A DNA stretch of 64,000 nt from Candidatus Latescibacterota bacterium (GTDB lineage: Bacteria > Latescibacterota > CBDEFO01): NCBI GenBank assembly GCA_965248755.1, contig OZ252149.1:3680001-3744000 (forward strand), in the 5' to 3' direction. This document shows, piece by piece, positions 60,191-64,000 of this stretch. A program made the translations under genes and the position numbers. The notes beneath the pieces were generated by a model. It was not told the DNA's origin. It saw nothing but the letters and a program-made list of their open reading frames with translations, and made no database searches. The stretch's first letter is position 1; each line of letters opens with the position of its first letter.

Positions 60191-60251
60191 AAATAAAAGA
60201 GCCGAAACTCCTGATCCGCGATAGAATCAATCGGGGAGAAGCTTCGGCTCT
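60191..60251 (-). terminator. Intrinsic terminator with a palindrome copy in its loop
   Basis: AGAGCCGAAGCT...AGTTTCGGCTCT followed by TTTATTT. Confidence 0.55.
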
Positions 60252-61474
60252 CTTGTAACCGTTATTGAATGTAGGGACGAGCCTACGTGTTCGTCCAAAT
60301 GTTAAAGGGGCAGACCCATGTGTCTGCCCCTACGGATTGTGGTGAGGTCTACCGCATCAATATCAGCTTTCTCGTCTGCACGAATCCATCGGTCTCCATC
60401 CGATAGAGATAGACTCCGCTGGCGAGGCTCTCTCCGTTGCTATCTTTAGCGTTCCACACTACTGAGTGACTTCCCGCATCCATCTCTCCATCCACCAACG
60501 TCGCAACCTTCTGCCCCATCATATTAAAGACAGAGACATGAACTCGGCCTCGGACGGGGAGATCGTAGTGGATTACGGTCTCAGGGTTGAACGGATTGGG
60601 ATAGTTCTGAGAGAGGGAATGAGTCTCGGGCATGGCGTATTGATCCAGCGACAGCTCTGTCCGTTCTGTTACAGCAGGGATCAACCCCTCGTTGAGCTGG
60701 ACATCTGCAATCTTTATCAGGTCATCGCCCAGATTGTCACCCACACCAGGTAAGATCTCGAATTCGATGTAGACTATGTCTCCGCTGCCTTCTATTCCAT
60801 CTGCAGAGGCAAAGGCTATCCTAACCTCGTCCCCCTCAATGTTGCTCTGGAACATGAACGGGGACATCATCTCTGAAGGAGATACGCCTGTCACCTTCAG
60901 CTTCGATACGTCGTAGCTGATAGACATATACGCTCCGAGCACACCTGACATATCGTCAATGGAGACAGGGACCTTTATGCCCTTTTCCGATACTTCAGAG
61001 GCGTCTGAGATTGTGACCATGCGAGCTAAGACAGGTGCGGCCTTGGGAGCGCGAGGTTCTCCGAGGAACGGAAGTCCGGGGATTCTCCCGACCACTTTTT
61101 GGAGTATCCGAACGGCGTCAAAAGGTGACACTGTCCCATCGCGAGTCGCGTCGGCGATCGCCAAGAATAGGTCTACGTCTCCGCCGAAGAAGTCGCCTAT
61201 TATGTTCCTGTTCTGAACTGAATGCATCAGCGCTAAAGCGGCGTCAAAGGCCGCGATCCTGCCATTCTGGCTGATGTCACCTACAAGCGCTGTTGTGATA
61301 CCGCCGTCGAAGGTGACCACAGGGGGAAAGCCCTCGTTCAAGAATGTTCCACGTTGTGCCAGGATATCTATCCTTGTTCCCAGCTGTGCGTCGGGACTAA
61401 CCCCGAACAGTGCAAATGCCAGGATACCGTCCTCAGTATCAAAGATCGGAGTTGCCGAGGCAAAGAGCTATTAC

Positions 61475-61748
61475 GTCAGATATTTCATAAAGACGAGTAT
61501 AGTCTTTCTCTTTATAGGCCTGGTGTCGGGCGGCTATATGATTGTGGCTCGAGAGATATTAGCCCGGATTTACCCGGCCAGGAGTAGGACAAAAATGCCT
61601 GCATCACCTCTGACGATACCCCCTTAACCCTTCCACCTAACTCCTGATTGTATTTCTCAATAAAGTAATCGACAAGGAAAAAGGGAAGGTCCTCGATATG
61701 CTCGCGTAGCGGCGGCAGGACGATAGGAACGACGTTAAGGCATAAGAA
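61475..61748 (-). other. 274-bp passenger DNA containing a degenerate sigma54-activator (NtrC AAA+) fragment
   Basis: LNVVPIVLPPLREHIEDLPFFLVDYFIEKYNQELG...YSWPG; lies between the IS end and an ATTAC duplicate. Confidence 0.7.
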
Positions 61749-63374
61749 CCGACATTCCCCATATCACATTCATGAGGGATTATATTTCGATACATTCTTG
61801 TTTCTGAATTAATATTACCACTTTTACATTTTTCAACAAGTACTTTTTTCAATTAAAATAGTATTTTCCTCTGAATTATCACTTTCTTTGTGTTTAAATC
61901 CTCCAATTAGAGACACCTCTCCATCGACTCACAAAAAAATGTGGCAGTTTAAACAGAATAACATCGCAATCGTTCAATCCGGGATAATATTTCGGCAAAT
62001 AACCTCTTGTCTATCCCAACCTCAGCCATTTGAAACGTAATATATCCGCTGTGTCTGACAATCTTCGCTCCGATTTTGATAAATTTCACGAGGAGGCTGC
62101 GTAGTGACCAGTGTTTGATTTTCTTCGGAAGAACAAAACGTCGCAGGAAGTTGCCCAAGTTGTAAGCCAGAACAAACAGCCAGAGCCTCACCTGATTGGA
62201 GACGAAACGCTTGCATGAGAGTCGGGTCCAGTTCAGAGCATACTTGCCCTCCTTAATCCACTGCTCAGCTCTGCCACGGCCATTGTAGAAGTGTACCACG
62301 CCTTCTGGCTTGGCGCTCATGTTGGTCACGATAAATCCCACTCTTGGGAATAACTCCCCTTGGTGCCATTCAACCTTGGCGACCACTCGCCTCGATTGAT
62401 CCCAACTGGCCGCTTTATATTGAAATTCATATAACGATACAATCGGTTTCCTCGGCGGTCGTCCAACTGGCCGAGTCAGCAGGTATCGTATCTTTTCATA
62501 GAGTATCTCATTTGCGGGAAGCCGAATGGCATACAAATAGCCGTTTCCCTCCAGATAATCATAAATCTCAGGCTTTGCGAATGCAGCATCGCCTCGAAAG
62601 TATTTCCTATTCTTCTTGCTCTCGTATCTCTTGACGATCGGTTCCAGAACTTCCTTCCAACGATCAGCACTGTGAACATTACCAGAGCGAAGTAGGACTC
62701 CTTCACAATCCCCGAACTGATTGAAGCAGAACACTGGATGAAAACAGGTACATCCGAAATGACCGTTGTAAGCTGATCCTTCCTGCTGGCCATGTACCGG
62801 ACTCTCCGAACTGTCCATGTCCAGAATGATTCGTTGATGCTGTGTTTTACTCATCGCTTTTTGAACCCACTTGCCATTGATATCTGACAAGTTTCTGAGA
62901 TTGTCATGCTGAGTCAGTATATCAGTTTCAAAACGTCCTATCGTGTTGGAGCTGGCAGCTTGCCTGCCTTTGTCCTTCTTTCCGGTAATCGCTCGCATGA
63001 CGGGATCAACGGATAATCGCTCGGCGTCATTTACATCTTCATATCCTGCAAGACGGCTGTATATCGATTGACGCAGGAGAGTAGATATATCATGTTGGAT
63101 ATTACGGCCTGTGCGTTTATCGGTAAAAACCGCTGATACCGAATCAAATAATCCCAGTGCGTAATCAAGGTCACGATACGCAAGAAGTCCACCGTTTGAT
63201 GTCACCTTTGCACCATGAAATTCAAGCTTTATTCCTCCATCAAAACCTACTTTCATTCTTTCACCCTCTGGATGATCAATATTTATCCGCCATTTATGAG
63301 TCTTATTTATTGTAATATAACATGTTCTGGCGACTTTGACAACCATTTTTCGGGTCTAATATGGCGAATGGGGG
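61749..63374 (-). mobile_element. IS1380-family insertion sequence, intact, 1626 bp
   Basis: Same IRs and identical transposase protein to the 21950-23575 copy, opposite orientation. Confidence 0.93.
61949..63346 (-). CDS. IS1380-family DDE transposase
   Basis: Protein identical to 21978-23375. Confidence 0.93.
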   Translation of the reverse strand: MVVKVARTCYITINKTHKWRINIDHPEGERMKVGFDGGIKLEFHGAKVTSNGGLLAYRDLDYALGLFDSVSAVFTDKRTGRNIQHDISTLLRQSIYSRLAGYEDVNDAERLSVDPVMRAITGKKDKGRQAASSNTIGRFETDILTQHDNLRNLSDINGKWVQKAMSKTQHQRIILDMDSSESPVHGQQEGSAYNGHFGCTCFHPVFCFNQFGDCEGVLLRSGNVHSADRWKEVLEPIVKRYESKKNRKYFRGDAAFAKPEIYDYLEGNGYLYAIRLPANEILYEKIRYLLTRPVGRPPRKPIVSLYEFQYKAASWDQSRRVVAKVEWHQGELFPRVGFIVTNMSAKPEGVVHFYNGRGRAEQWIKEGKYALNWTRLSCKRFVSNQVRLWLFVLAYNLGNFLRRFVLPKKIKHWSLRSLLVKFIKIGAKIVRHSGYITFQMAEVGIDKRLFAEILSRIERLRCYSV

Positions 63375-64000
63375 ATTACGGCTTTTCCGGGTTCAGGGGA
63401 GAAAAAGTCGAAACCAGCGGGGAATTCCCGGCCCGGAGCTGGAAATGCCCGCAGGAATGTCACAGGGCCCGCGAAACGAAGGCGTATCTCGCCTGCTACC
63501 ACACCTTTGTCACCCTCAGTAGGGTTACCCAGATCACGAGCAAAGATAGGGACTACAGCCTGTCCTCCGGGACCTGCGATCTCCTCACCTGCTCCCACTT
63601 CGACAGGAAATGCTGTCTCGAACGAGACGATGAGCTCTTCATGAGTCTGCTGCCCCAGTTCGTCCCTTGCCGAGATGCTTACGTCGAAAAACCGTGGAAC
63701 ATCAGGGGGAGTAAAGAACAAGTCGCTGCCCCACAACCCGTCTCCGGGGAGCCCATCTTCGTGTGCCCCGTCGTCGAAGAGGGGGAACATCTCAGGGACA
63801 AAGAGCGAATCGTTCGGGTCCATCAGCATGGCATCCACGGAAATGACGCCGTCTGGATCGGTCACCTCAGCGAAGATCCGCACAGGTGCGCCTACAGGAA
63901 CGATGCGTCGGGATACGTTTACGTTGGCTATAGCAGGTCCCGGATTAAAGGGAGTGGTAAACTGGACCTGTCCTCTGATTTCTCCAGGCCCGTTCAAAGT

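Larger units (their letters stand above)
1810..60236. repeat. Dispersed 17-23 bp palindrome CCCCGAT(AGANTCA or TTA)ATCGGGG, about 20 sites
   Basis: Starts at about 1810, 6048, 7980, 9484, 17413, 17502, 23697, 25454, 26602, 29443, 30736, 34768, 46905, 48922, 50890, 56074, 57590, 57792, 60082, 60216. Confidence 0.9.
1261..60333. repeat. Several dispersed REP-like families in intergenic DNA
   Basis: GTAGGGGCG...CGCCCCTAC (about 1261, 30721, 37948, 60271); GTAGGACAGACA...TGTCTGTCC (about 9408, 54743, 57687); GATTGCTTC...CGCAATGAC (about 6022, 17524, 23679, 34758, 46964); GGCGGTGCCCCTGTCTACT (about 6148, 35605, 46933, 57825, 60049). Confidence 0.8.
60349..64000 (-). pseudogene. Large secreted cohesin/dockerin protein with FlgD/T9SS-like tail, interrupted by an IS1380 unit; start lies outside the window
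   Basis: 5' part ends ...PEPGKAVI at 63375; 3' part resumes FASATPIFDTEDGILAF near 61464; dockerin-like GDISQNG..FDA and ADATRDG..FDA; cohesin-like domain; QNYPNPFN. Confidence 0.8.

Noticed and set aside
21950..63374. Inversion or 41-kb composite transposon between the two identical IS1380 copies
   Set aside because: The first copy retains its own GTATA duplication and the second is explained by ATTAC, so they are independent insertions

Overview
Bacterial chromosomal window, probably from an uncultured FCB-group organism (inferred from several secreted proteins ending in a FlgD-like/T9SS-type domain; lineage not provable here). The housekeeping backbone comprises proS (truncated), gpsA, plsY, der, tRNA-Gly(CCC), lexA, nadE, uvrA, a cysteine desulfurase and two peptide ABC permeases. 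It is interleaved with heavily remodelled accessory DNA. (1) A type II-A-like retron in effector-ncRNA-RT order, with a readable msr/msd; its RT is split exactly at the (V/I)TG motif by an IS3-family element with a GAAC target duplication. (2) Four IS1380-family copies; one appears to have carried 274 bp of foreign DNA into a cohesin/dockerin gene. (3) Integron remnants: one intact attC, degenerate attCs and an intI fragment fused to a GMC N-terminus. (4) An orphan HTH + DnaA-N initiator-like gene with internal palindromic iteron-like repeats. (5) A DUF3179 UxxC selenoprotein candidate. (6) A rod-like ncRNA candidate upstream of tRNA-Gly whose promoter has a LexA-box-like site in the same geometry as the lexA promoter. 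(7) About 20 copies of a 17-23 bp palindrome (CCCCGAT...ATCGGGG) that behaves like a miniature insertion element, inserting into REP-like repeats, into itself, into an IS and into genes. All family calls come from motif recognition, not database searches. Single-base lesions could be sequencing errors.
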